64,000 bases of DNA from a virus. Its lineage: Duplodnaviria > Caudoviricetes. The number at the start of each line of letters is the position of its first letter. Position 1 is the first letter of the stretch. A program made the position numbers and the translations under genes. The stretch lies in IMG/VR virus record IMGVR_UViG_3300043102_000037, positions 1-64,000 of that record; one strand, 5' to 3'. The notes under the pieces are model-generated. The model did no database searches and had not been told where the DNA came from. It was given only the letters and a program-made list of their open reading frames with translations. Shown here one piece after another: positions 8,787 through 18,692 of the stretch.

Positions 8787-11672
8787 TTGTACATTTCGCT
8801 TCATAATCACTATACAAATGGCAGTATAGGAGATTCAACCCTCATAACGGAAGATGCCATTAAAAAAGTCAAGTCTTTAAATATTCCTGCAATAGCTATG
8901 ACTGACCATGGTTCATTATCCAATATATATGACTTTTATCAAGTTTGTAAGAAAAACGATATAAAGCCTATTATCGGTATGGAAGCTTATGTAACGCAGG
9001 ATAGAAACATTAAAAATAAAGCTGAATTAAGAGAAAAGAATTACAGGAATTATCACCTTGTTTTATTGGCTATCAACAGCCAAGGCGTAAAAGACTTAAT
9101 AGCAATTCACAATGACGCTCAAATAAACGGTTTATTCGATAAAAGACCAAGAACAGACTTATTCGTATTATCTAAGTACGGCAAAAATATAATAGCATTG
9201 TCTGCTTGCGTAGGAGGGGAAATACCGCAGACAATATTAAACGATAAAGATTGGGTAAATAAATGCGTTAAGAAAATCAACGAATATAAAAACATATTCC
9301 ATGATTTTTATTTAGAATTGCAAATAGGCAATTTTAAAGAACAGATTTTCGTGAATAAAGCATTAGTTTACCTTGCGCATAAAACAAATACCAAACTTGT
9401 AATAACAAACGATGTACATTATTTAAATAAAGAAGATTATTTGATGCACAATTATCATGTTGCGTCATGCAACGCAGGTTTGGCAAAAAGTAAAGCTGAT
9501 GAATTAATTTATCCAGATAAAATATATTATCTTATGGCAGAAGATGAATTAAAGAGCCATGTAGTATACGATGATAAATACGTTACGGAAAAGGTCATAG
9601 ACGAAGCAATATTAAATACAGAGCGAATTGCTGATATGTGCGATGGTAAAATGGATATAGAACTGAGTATGCCGTCATTTAAAGATTTTCTGCCAGAAGG
9701 AAAAACTTCGCAGCAGGTTCTATTAGAGCATTGTACAAAAAGACTAAATTTTATAATCAACAGAGTAGAAGAACCGCACAAATACACTCCAAGATTATTA
9801 ATGGAATTAGATACGATTCATAAAATGCAGTTCGACGATTACTTCTTGATAATTAAAGACATAATAGATACGGCAAAAAAGAACAATATTGCAATAGGAA
9901 CAGGACGAGGGAGCTGTGGCGGCTCTCTCGTTAGTTTTTTATTAGGAATAACGAGAGTTGACCCGATAAAGCATAATCTTATGTTTGAAAGGTTTTTGTC
10001 AGTAAACAGAGCAGGATTACCAGATATAGACTTAGATATTGACGCAAAGAAAAGAGGTTTATTGCAGCAGTTAGTCGTTGAAAGATACGGCTTTAATCAT
10101 TGTTCTAAAGTCTATACCTTGCAATTAAGAAAAGCAAGACAGGCTATTAAAGATGCAGGCAGAGTGTTAGGCATGGATTCAAACTATGTAAACGATGAAA
10201 TATGCAAGCATATTAAAAGAATAGCCAAAACTGATGAATCTGGTGATACTACAATGGTAGAGCCAACTCTCGATGAAGCACTCGATTATTTTGATTCTTT
10301 AAAAGCGATGCGAAACAAGCATAAAGAATTATTCGATGTAGCCATAAAAATGGAGGGTTTCCCTAAAGCAAGTTCTGTCCATGCCGCAGGAATTATAATA
10401 AGCCCAAAGGATTTAAGCACGGTTATTCCGCTTGCAAGACAAAAAACAGATGAGGACGGCGAAGAAGGAAAAATATTAGTATCTACGCTTACTAAAGAAA
10501 GCATAGAGAATTTTGCCGTAAAATTTGACTTATTGGCGTTAAGCACAATAAGCTATGTAGACGACACTTTAAAGATGGCAAATATAAGCGAAAAGGAGAT
10601 TGATTTAGAGAATGAGGATTTTTATAATGACGAAAAAGTTTGGCAGTTAATTTCGTCCGAACTAACATCAGGAATATTTCAAATATCCTCTTACACATAT
10701 AAAAGCCGTATGCCATCTTTGCACCCGCACAGCTTAGATGAATTAGCTGCCTGCCTCGCGCTCGTCAGAGGTCCATGTATAGCGTCTGGACTTGATAAAA
10801 AATATATCAAAATATTAAATCATAAAGGCGTTATTGAACCATTATGCAAAGAATATTATGAAGTAACGAAGAATACTTTCTGTATACCTATTTATCAAGA
10901 ACAAATAATGCTTTTAGCAGTGGCTTTTGGCTTTGACTTGGATACTGGCTATCATTTATTAAAAGCCTGTGCTAAAAAGAAAATTAATAAAATAAAGGAG
11001 TATAAAGAAAAATTAATCTCTTGCGCAATAAATAAAGGAATACCTTTAAATATAGCCCAAAGAGTATGGAAAAACATTGAAGATAGCGGCAAATATTCTT
11101 TTAACGTATCTCATGCAACGTGCTATGCAGTTATGACTTATTTGTCAGCATGGCTAAAGGTTCATTATCCTACTGAATTTATGGCTGCATTTTTAACGCA
11201 TATATTCGAGAAAAAGAAAGACGAAAGAATTAAGCGCGAAATTATAAAGGAGATTATAGATAAAAATATCGCGTTCCTGCCGTTAGACATTAATAAATCA
11301 TCATGGAATTTTACCGTTGAAGATGGTAAAATAAGAATAGGTTTCTCTGCTGTGCAGGGAATCGGAAAGAAAAGCTATAACGTAATGTCTGCTGGCATTC
11401 CTTTTAACAGCCTACAAGAATATCATGACTTTTTTGTAGGCAAAAAGGGCTGCAATAAAACTCCGCAATATATCGCAATATTGAACGGGGCTTTTAATAA
11501 TATTGAAAATACGCCCGTAAAAGAACAAATGGTCAAATATATGACTATAAGAAAAGACAGAGAATTAAAAGAATCTAAGGATATTATCAGTATAGACAGT
11601 ACCCTAAATCAAATAGAGAGATTTTATTTCAAAACTCCTATTATGACTTTCAAGACAAGAAAAGGAGGATAA
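8787..11672 (+). CDS. dnaE: DNA polymerase III alpha subunit (DnaE-type), copy 1
   Basis: PHP motifs (HNH, TDHG, NDVHY), GRGSCGGS, PDIDLD, HAAG, KFDLL, YQEQ, YSFNVSHA. Confidence 0.93.
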   Translation: MYISLHNHYTNGSIGDSTLITEDAIKKVKSLNIPAIAMTDHGSLSNIYDFYQVCKKNDIKPIIGMEAYVTQDRNIKNKAELREKNYRNYHLVLLAINSQGVKDLIAIHNDAQINGLFDKRPRTDLFVLSKYGKNIIALSACVGGEIPQTILNDKDWVNKCVKKINEYKNIFHDFYLELQIGNFKEQIFVNKALVYLAHKTNTKLVITNDVHYLNKEDYLMHNYHVASCNAGLAKSKADELIYPDKIYYLMAEDELKSHVVYDDKYVTEKVIDEAILNTERIADMCDGKMDIELSMPSFKDFLPEGKTSQQVLLEHCTKRLNFIINRVEEPHKYTPRLLMELDTIHKMQFDDYFLIIKDIIDTAKKNNIAIGTGRGSCGGSLVSFLLGITRVDPIKHNLMFERFLSVNRAGLPDIDLDIDAKKRGLLQQLVVERYGFNHCSKVYTLQLRKARQAIKDAGRVLGMDSNYVNDEICKHIKRIAKTDESGDTTMVEPTLDEALDYFDSLKAMRNKHKELFDVAIKMEGFPKASSVHAAGIIISPKDLSTVIPLARQKTDEDGEEGKILVSTLTKESIENFAVKFDLLALSTISYVDDTLKMANISEKEIDLENEDFYNDEKVWQLISSELTSGIFQISSYTYKSRMPSLHPHSLDELAACLALVRGPCIASGLDKKYIKILNHKGVIEPLCKEYYEVTKNTFCIPIYQEQIMLLAVAFGFDLDTGYHLLKACAKKKINKIKEYKEKLISCAINKGIPLNIAQRVWKNIEDSGKYSFNVSHATCYAVMTYLSAWLKVHYPTEFMAAFLTHIFEKKKDERIKREIIKEIIDKNIAFLPLDINKSSWNFTVEDGKIRIGFSAVQGIGKKSYNVMSAGIPFNSLQEYHDFFVGKKGCNKTPQYIAILNGAFNNIENTPVKEQMVKYMTIRKDRELKESKDIISIDSTLNQIERFYFKTPIMTFKTRKGG

Positions 11673-11680
11673 TAAAAAAT

Positions 11681-13396
11681 ATGAACACTGACACTGTTAT
11701 AAGAACAAGAGAATTAAATAAATTGTCGTCCGAAATAAGCACCACTATGCAAAATCTGAGTAATGCTGCTGAAATTTCAAAAAACACGTCCTCAGTAAAT
11801 AATTTAAACGTAATGGTTAAAGATTGGCAAAAAAGATTTATCCACGCGCAAAAAGAACTATCAATAATTTCCGAACGCTGTAATGACAATGAACGCTATA
11901 CAAGACAGATTAGATTAACGACAGACGCTATACAGACAAGTTTAGAAAGAATAGAAAATACTGTATCTAATATTTTACAAAGATTAAAAGAGCCGCAAGA
12001 AGATAACACTCAAGCTAATAACGAAGGATTTTATTCTTCGGCTGATGAAAATATTTTAGATGCGCTGTTTTTAGCATACGATTCAATATTTAATTTAGTT
12101 TCTCTGTATTCTACTGAATATCAGCTAAAAATGTCTTTATGCGCCCAATACGACATTCAAGCAGTAAATGCGCGCGATACTACAACGTGCAATATAAGCA
12201 ATTTAGCATTGGGCGAATTAGCTAATACAATGCTGAATAAAAACAATAGAGAAATCAGTAGAGATTTTAATGTGCTTGTTCAGTATACGACAATGTATAA
12301 TAGCAGTATTGAGGAATTTCAGAACAACGTAAATAATCACGCGCAAATATACGCAGTATCGCAAGACCAACCAGAAATATTAGATAGGCATTTATTTAAG
12401 AAAGTAGCAGTTGGCGACTTTTTAAAAGCAACTATAACAAACGAAGCATTTGACGCTGTATTATTCACTTTACCTGTACAAATTACACGTTCTATTAGCT
12501 ACGATGAAACAGATGATTTATATGACAAGAAAGCGTATATCGAATACAAATATTTATCTAAGGTATATAAATACGTTAAGCAAAATGGTCTTTTTGCTAT
12601 TATAATGCCGTTCTTTAGACTGCATGAACCTGTAACGACATTTTTAGCGCGTAGGTTTTCTTTAATGTATGCCTACGCTTTTCCTAAACTTGATAAGAAT
12701 ATAGCGTTGTTTGTATTCCGCGCTAAAACTGAAACGGAAATAGCTGACAGATTTGACGAACGCGGTGATTTAAATATCCTAAATAATATATATAAAAGTT
12801 ATTTAGACGGCACGATATTCAGCGAAGAAACAGAAAATAGCGATATTGACTTACAGCTATTGGATTATTGCGGATATGATATAGAGTGCTTTAATCGCGA
12901 TACAACACAAGCTAGGCAAATACACTCTTTTTATGGCGAAAAAGTTGACTTGACACAGTATGCGTTTTTATTAAGAGGAATGACTACATCACAAGAAGTA
13001 TTAGACGAATATAAAAAAGAACGCAGCGACGCCGACATTAAACCAATATTGCCTTTATCGTCTGGTCAAGTAGGATTAGCTTTAGCTTCTGGAATAGCTG
13101 ACGGCATTATTACAGACGAATACGGCTATAAACACGTCATAAAAGGCTGCTCATACAAAACTGACGTAATAAAGAAAACTGTAAATTACGCTACAGACGA
13201 GAGTGTTTCTGACAGTATAACGGAGGAAGTAACTAACACAAATACCGTAGAAATAAACTATTTTACGCCTACTGGAGTATATAACAGCATCGGCATGGAT
13301 ACCATGGTAGAAGGCATAAATGAGCCGATTATTGAAGAAATAGGCGTACCGCTTGAAACTAGAAACGGAATGTTTAGAAATAGCGACAGATATTAA
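11681..13396 (+). CDS. DUF6094-like methyltransferase-fold protein with a degenerate catalytic motif
   Basis: GDFL...FDAVLFTLPV (where NPPY is expected), YL....Y.KQNGL....P, and C-terminal PILPLSSGQVGL.LASG..DG...HVIKG; paired with a helicase. Confidence 0.55.
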   Translation: MNTDTVIRTRELNKLSSEISTTMQNLSNAAEISKNTSSVNNLNVMVKDWQKRFIHAQKELSIISERCNDNERYTRQIRLTTDAIQTSLERIENTVSNILQRLKEPQEDNTQANNEGFYSSADENILDALFLAYDSIFNLVSLYSTEYQLKMSLCAQYDIQAVNARDTTTCNISNLALGELANTMLNKNNREISRDFNVLVQYTTMYNSSIEEFQNNVNNHAQIYAVSQDQPEILDRHLFKKVAVGDFLKATITNEAFDAVLFTLPVQITRSISYDETDDLYDKKAYIEYKYLSKVYKYVKQNGLFAIIMPFFRLHEPVTTFLARRFSLMYAYAFPKLDKNIALFVFRAKTETEIADRFDERGDLNILNNIYKSYLDGTIFSEETENSDIDLQLLDYCGYDIECFNRDTTQARQIHSFYGEKVDLTQYAFLLRGMTTSQEVLDEYKKERSDADIKPILPLSSGQVGLALASGIADGIITDEYGYKHVIKGCSYKTDVIKKTVNYATDESVSDSITEEVTNTNTVEINYFTPTGVYNSIGMDTMVEGINEPIIEEIGVPLETRNGMFRNSDRY

Positions 13397-13414
13397 GAAA
13401 GGAGAGAACGTATC

Positions 13415-16400
13415 TTGAAAGAAATATATTCTGATTCCGCAACAAAAACAATTTTAGGCTATGCAAACTCGATTATAAAATGCAATAACGAACTTGTCTA
13501 TTTGTCGGCAGTCGGCAAGCATAAAAACATAAAAAGCATTTTAAATAAAAAATTTACTGTTGCGTGGGATAATTATTTTTTAATAAAAGAAAGATATAAT
13601 TATAAAATCACTAAAATCAATAATGAAATTAGTCATATCATCATTATGCTAAGAGGTTATACGGTAAACACTGGCAGAAATAATAATAACAAAGAAAAAA
13701 ATAGCAAAATATATTATATTCCGCTGTTCTTGCAAGCAGGGAAGAACGCAGGATATTTAAGCGTGAACGAAATATTAACCGATGATGTTATCAATATGTT
13801 TTATAACGAAATCAGCAGAATAAGTACCGTTCCATTTTTAAAAGAATGGACGGTATATATTTTAAGAGAAGCCTTTGCGAATGGCAGAGATTATGTTGCG
13901 TCTTGCACATATAATGATGACACAGCAGTAAATAATGCAGTTTTCGATAGAGGTTTTAACAGTGCAAGAGTAGTGCGTTTTACTCATGACGGCTTAATAG
14001 CTATGATAAGCTACGGGTTGAAAAATAATTATATAACTATTGGCAACAGCTCTAAAGTAGAAACCAACTTAGATACTATAAAATCTTTAGATGAATATTT
14101 AGATTTAAATAAAGACGCGTTAAGCAACAAAATAGTAAATAAGTTTACGCCTAAATTTAATCCTGAAATAGACGATTATGACGACAGCGTAGATGCTTTA
14201 GACAATATCATAAAATATAAGTCGCCTATCGTATTTTACGATGAGCAGAAAAATGCCATTCAGGGCGTAGTAAAGAATATGGACAAATCCAAGCATACTA
14301 TTTTATCAGCAGAGTGCGGTTCTGGCAAAACAAGTATGGCTATTGCAGCTATATGCGCCCACGCAAAAAAGCATAAAAACTCTGCTTTTACAACTTTAGT
14401 TATGTGTCCAAGCCATATTACAGGCAATAATACGGAAGATAAGAATGGCGAAGAAATTATGTCTGAATCTGGTTGGAAGAAAGAAATTGATATGCTCGCT
14501 CCTATGTCAGAATGTATAGTAATTAATTCTTTAGGCGATTTTATTAAACTTGAGGATAAAATAAAGGATAAGACGAGAAAACGCTCTTTATGGATAGTCG
14601 TATCGAAGGATATTGTAAAATCCTCTTATAGTAAAAGACCTGCTGCAAACTTTAAAATGACTTTTACTGGACCCGTTTTCGTATGCCCGCATTGCAATTC
14701 TATCATTCAAGTAAAAGATAAAATAGAGAGTTATGCAAAAGGTAAGCAATACGAACATTATAGCAATGCTCCGCTTACATTCTTTGAAAAAGAAAATAGT
14801 AAAAATGATGCTTGCGTCGTATGTAATGAAAAGCTATGGACAACGCTTAATAAGAATAATACAGGTGATTGGGTAAAGTTTCAAGACGGTTGGTATCATA
14901 AAAAGGCTGTCGAACTATTGGCTAACCAAGATACTGAGAAACCGAGCAACTTTGAAGCAAGTTATAAAAAATATAAAAACGGCACTTTGCCATCTCCGCA
15001 AGCACCTGTAAAATTTAGCATTGGCGAATACATCAGAAAGCATTTTAAGCATGAAATAGACTATCTTATTGCTGATGAAGTACATGAACTCGCCAATGAA
15101 ACTTTGCAAGGCAAGGCATTTGCCGATATTTGCCGTAATGTATGGAAAACGCTTTCACTTACGGGTACTTTATTTAACGGCAGAGCTGATTCAATTTTTT
15201 ATTTGCTTTTTAGAACAAAAAGTAATAAAATGATAAGAGATGGTTATGATTACCACTCTAAGAATAAATTTGCACAAGATTTTGGCGTAACTAAAAAACA
15301 GATTGTAGAGAACGGCAAATTTTTAAATTCGTCAGTATATAATAATGCAAACATTAGACGTTTTGCAACGACAAGCAGAAAAACAATAAGCAATAAGAAA
15401 TTGCCGGGGATAAGTCCTTCTATATTCTCTAAATATCTTATTGACAATACTATTTTCTTAAAGTTAAAAGATATAACCAGTTCTTTATCGCCATACCGTG
15501 AAATACCTATAGCAGTGGAAATGGATACAGAATTAGAAAGTGAATATACGCGCTTAAAAGACGAAGTATCTTCCGTTATTAAACGTGATAATTCAGTTGT
15601 TATTAAACAAGCCAGTCATTTAAACAATGCTTTAATGTATATGAATATGTATTTAGACCAGCCTTATGGTCTTGGTTCTTTAATGGACGAACGAAAAGAT
15701 GATTATTATACTCCAAGAAATTTGTCCGAATCCTTTATTAGGAACAAAGAAGAAGAATTAATCAATATTTGCATGAGAAAGAAAGCAAAAGGCGAAAAGT
15801 TCTTGATATATTATCATTTTACAAATAAGCTTAATATCTGCAATAGATTGAAAGAAGTTTTAAATGACGCAGGCTTGAAAGTAACTGATATGACCAATGC
15901 TGTTAAAAATAATAAGCGGCAGGAATATCTTTTAGAGCAAGCTAAGTATTTTGACGGCGTAGTATTGAATCCTGCATTGATAGAAACTGGCGCAAACTTA
16001 TTGCCGTATACTACGATTATATTCTATGAATACGGCACTAAAGCATTTACTATTAGGCAGACATCAAGAAGAAGTTGGCGTTTGAATCAAAACAAGCCTG
16101 TTGAAGTATATTTCTTATATTATAAAGATACTATACAAGAACAGATGTTATCTTTAATCAGTGCTAAATTAAAAGCAGCAAATGCAATAGAAGGCGACTT
16201 TAATGAATCTGGACTAATTGCGTTAAGCCAAAATGATGATATTGCTACCGAATTAGCTAAGTCATTAATTAATGAATCTGAACGCGATTTAACAGTATCG
16301 GAAGATTCGTTAGAAACGGCAGGCGTATCAGAAGAAGAATTTGCGCGCATTGAGCAAGAAAGATTGGCTAGAGTAAATAACCACGTTAAAAGATTGAATC

Positions 16401-16477
16401 CAAACAATATGACGTTTGCTATCCAAAACAAGGCTAAACAGAGCGCGAATCTAAGCGTTTTAGAAGCATTTGTTTAA
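13415..16477 (+). CDS. SF2 (SNF2/DEAD-like) helicase
   Basis: Walker A AECGSGKT, DEVH, LTGT, LIETG..L, RRSWRLNQ motif VI. Confidence 0.85.
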   Translation: MKEIYSDSATKTILGYANSIIKCNNELVYLSAVGKHKNIKSILNKKFTVAWDNYFLIKERYNYKITKINNEISHIIIMLRGYTVNTGRNNNNKEKNSKIYYIPLFLQAGKNAGYLSVNEILTDDVINMFYNEISRISTVPFLKEWTVYILREAFANGRDYVASCTYNDDTAVNNAVFDRGFNSARVVRFTHDGLIAMISYGLKNNYITIGNSSKVETNLDTIKSLDEYLDLNKDALSNKIVNKFTPKFNPEIDDYDDSVDALDNIIKYKSPIVFYDEQKNAIQGVVKNMDKSKHTILSAECGSGKTSMAIAAICAHAKKHKNSAFTTLVMCPSHITGNNTEDKNGEEIMSESGWKKEIDMLAPMSECIVINSLGDFIKLEDKIKDKTRKRSLWIVVSKDIVKSSYSKRPAANFKMTFTGPVFVCPHCNSIIQVKDKIESYAKGKQYEHYSNAPLTFFEKENSKNDACVVCNEKLWTTLNKNNTGDWVKFQDGWYHKKAVELLANQDTEKPSNFEASYKKYKNGTLPSPQAPVKFSIGEYIRKHFKHEIDYLIADEVHELANETLQGKAFADICRNVWKTLSLTGTLFNGRADSIFYLLFRTKSNKMIRDGYDYHSKNKFAQDFGVTKKQIVENGKFLNSSVYNNANIRRFATTSRKTISNKKLPGISPSIFSKYLIDNTIFLKLKDITSSLSPYREIPIAVEMDTELESEYTRLKDEVSSVIKRDNSVVIKQASHLNNALMYMNMYLDQPYGLGSLMDERKDDYYTPRNLSESFIRNKEEELINICMRKKAKGEKFLIYYHFTNKLNICNRLKEVLNDAGLKVTDMTNAVKNNKRQEYLLEQAKYFDGVVLNPALIETGANLLPYTTIIFYEYGTKAFTIRQTSRRSWRLNQNKPVEVYFLYYKDTIQEQMLSLISAKLKAANAIEGDFNESGLIALSQNDDIATELAKSLINESERDLTVSEDSLETAGVSEEEFARIEQERLARVNNHVKRLNPNNMTFAIQNKAKQSANLSVLEAFV

Positions 16478-16548
16478 AAGCAACAAAATAGGCGGCAGAA
16501 ATCAAAAAAGCTGCCGCCTAAAAAATAAAAAATATAGCGAGGTATGAG

Positions 16549-16851
16549 ATGCTATACTTGAAAAGAATATGTAATCCATGGGATTGGGTACGCTCGTCCG
16601 TAACAAAAAAGCCTATAAAATACCCAGAATATTATTATGAAGATGATGAAGATGGATATATTATAGAATTATCTATTTATCAGCAGGCTAAAAAAAGAGC
16701 GCAGCAGGAAAAGTTTGATTATTCTAAATTACAAAACGCATATAATCAACGAGAATACGAAGAAATGTTAGACGCTTATACTAGAGAATTTTTACTCTCA
16801 AATGTAATGAATAGAAAAGTAGCAAAATATAAGGAGGATTACGATAGTTAA
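16549..16851 (+). CDS. hypothetical protein
   Basis: 100-aa ORF with GAGG RBS, just after a terminator-like hairpin (~16487-16520). Confidence 0.6.
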   Translation: MLYLKRICNPWDWVRSSVTKKPIKYPEYYYEDDEDGYIIELSIYQQAKKRAQQEKFDYSKLQNAYNQREYEEMLDAYTREFLLSNVMNRKVAKYKEDYDS

Positions 16852-16853
16852 AT

Positions 16854-18671
16854 ATGGCTGATACGACAACGGCAAATAATACAGCAAATTCAACAGACAA
16901 AAACAATACTTCAAACAGCAATTCTTCGTCAAGCAATAGTAAATCAGAATTTCAAATAAAAGAATATTATACTGCAACAGACGATGATTTAAAATGTAAT
17001 CATTGCGGACAGTTACCGCCAAACGGTATAGACCCTAACCTAATTCTTTTATTAAACGAAATGTCTACCGTTATGGGCTTTAAAGTACCTATTAGTAATG
17101 CTTACAGATGCCCAGACCATAATGACGAAGTTCCAAATGCAGCTAAACAGTCTTATCATACAAAAGGCATGGCTGCTGATACGCAAAATGGTCAAGGTTG
17201 GTCTAACAGCCAATTATACAGATTAGCTGTACATTTCGGTGCAACTGGCGCAGACGGTTATGAGTGGGGCGTTCATGTAGATGTCCGTAATGGTTTAGTG
17301 CCAGACGGTACTCCTGTAAACTGGAATGATGATGGCAAAAGAGATAGTACAGATGGAGGAACAGAAGAAGCCGAACAAGCATTAGCAAATGCAGGCGTAG
17401 CTAAATCTTCTGCCGCGTCTGTAACCTACTCCAGCGCAGGCGGAGGAACAGGTAACGCAGGTGCTAATTTAAGAAGCATCAAAAAGACAGGCAATCTTCG
17501 CATGGAAGTAAACCCTGTCGGCAAAACATATTGCGAACCTATATATCCAGATTTATTGAGTATCCCCGGAAATATACCTGCAAGTACTGTTGACGTTAGT
17601 AAGTCAACAGCTTCGGCATCGGGCGTAACGTCAGACATGAATTACATAGTGTCTGCTGAAAATAACGGCAAACTGACTGGTTTAGACGTATCTGGATTCG
17701 TAGACCAAGATAAATTAACTGACCGTCAAAAAATATACGATGCGTCAGCAGACCAATATAAAGTTTTTAAGACTTCATCGGGGCTTCCGTTTAATTGCTG
17801 CGACCCTTATCCAGTAGATTTAAAAATAGAAGAATTAGAAACGCATATGCCTAAAGTAAAGGTTGACGGCATATCTTTTAGTAAGCCAGACGGCAATACA
17901 GTTACTTTAGCAGAGCAATTTTTATATGCCGCAGATTCAACAGAAAAAAGAATAGTTAAATTAGAAAATATATTAGCTACTGTTATGCGGTATTGCTTTG
18001 GCATAGGCAGAAGGTTAAATATTAATTGCATATATTATGGCGGTCAAGACAGGTATCAAAAATATAAGTGCATTAGATGTAAGCGCGATGACATGAATGG
18101 TGATGGTCAAATAATGCAAATAGACCAATGCTTGTCATGCACTCGTTATGAGCCGTTCTTAGGACAAACATACGATATTTTAAACGAAGTAGGAGCAAAC
18201 CAAGCAGCTATACTCGATATAGACCAAACAGGTCATATAGATATGCAGGAATACGCTAAACTCACAAAGATAGATAAAAAAGTTACGCAATTAACAGATA
18301 TTAAATTCGACCCTACAAGAAACAAAATTAGAATTGCGACAGACAAACCGTTTAGCTATAATACGAACAATAACGGTGCTAATGTGCCATCTGATTCAAC
18401 AACGGTAGACACTACCGCAGAAGATGAAAGCAAAAAGACTGATACAACAACTACGACAGACGATGATAAAAAGACGGCTGACGCAACGGACGCTACTAAA
18501 AAAGAGGACGCTGCAAAAACTGACGATACAAAAGATACCAATGATACTAATAAAGATACCGAAAAAGATAAAGATAAGACTGAATCGGCTGATAAAAAAG
18601 ACGAATCCTCGTCTAACAGCAGTACAGAAGATAAAAAAGATAATTCTTCCTCTAATACAGAAAACAAATAA
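16854..18671 (+). CDS. probable virion protein with N-terminal peptidase M15 domain and D/T/K-rich tail
   Basis: CNHCG...ISNAYRCPDHN...AAKQSYHTKGMAAD...WGVHVDVR (M15 zinc ligands H, D, H). Confidence 0.75.
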   Translation: MADTTTANNTANSTDKNNTSNSNSSSSNSKSEFQIKEYYTATDDDLKCNHCGQLPPNGIDPNLILLLNEMSTVMGFKVPISNAYRCPDHNDEVPNAAKQSYHTKGMAADTQNGQGWSNSQLYRLAVHFGATGADGYEWGVHVDVRNGLVPDGTPVNWNDDGKRDSTDGGTEEAEQALANAGVAKSSAASVTYSSAGGGTGNAGANLRSIKKTGNLRMEVNPVGKTYCEPIYPDLLSIPGNIPASTVDVSKSTASASGVTSDMNYIVSAENNGKLTGLDVSGFVDQDKLTDRQKIYDASADQYKVFKTSSGLPFNCCDPYPVDLKIEELETHMPKVKVDGISFSKPDGNTVTLAEQFLYAADSTEKRIVKLENILATVMRYCFGIGRRLNINCIYYGGQDRYQKYKCIRCKRDDMNGDGQIMQIDQCLSCTRYEPFLGQTYDILNEVGANQAAILDIDQTGHIDMQEYAKLTKIDKKVTQLTDIKFDPTRNKIRIATDKPFSYNTNNNGANVPSDSTTVDTTAEDESKKTDTTTTTDDDKKTADATDATKKEDAAKTDDTKDTNDTNKDTEKDKDKTESADKKDESSSNSSTEDKKDNSSSNTENK

Positions 18672-18692
18672 GCAAGAAGGTGATTTAATAGA

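Noticed and set aside
2325-11672. Inteins or further introns in nrdD and dnaE1
   Set aside because: Lengths are normal or short, with no Cys/Ser...His-Asn splice motifs or LAGLIDADG blocks seen.
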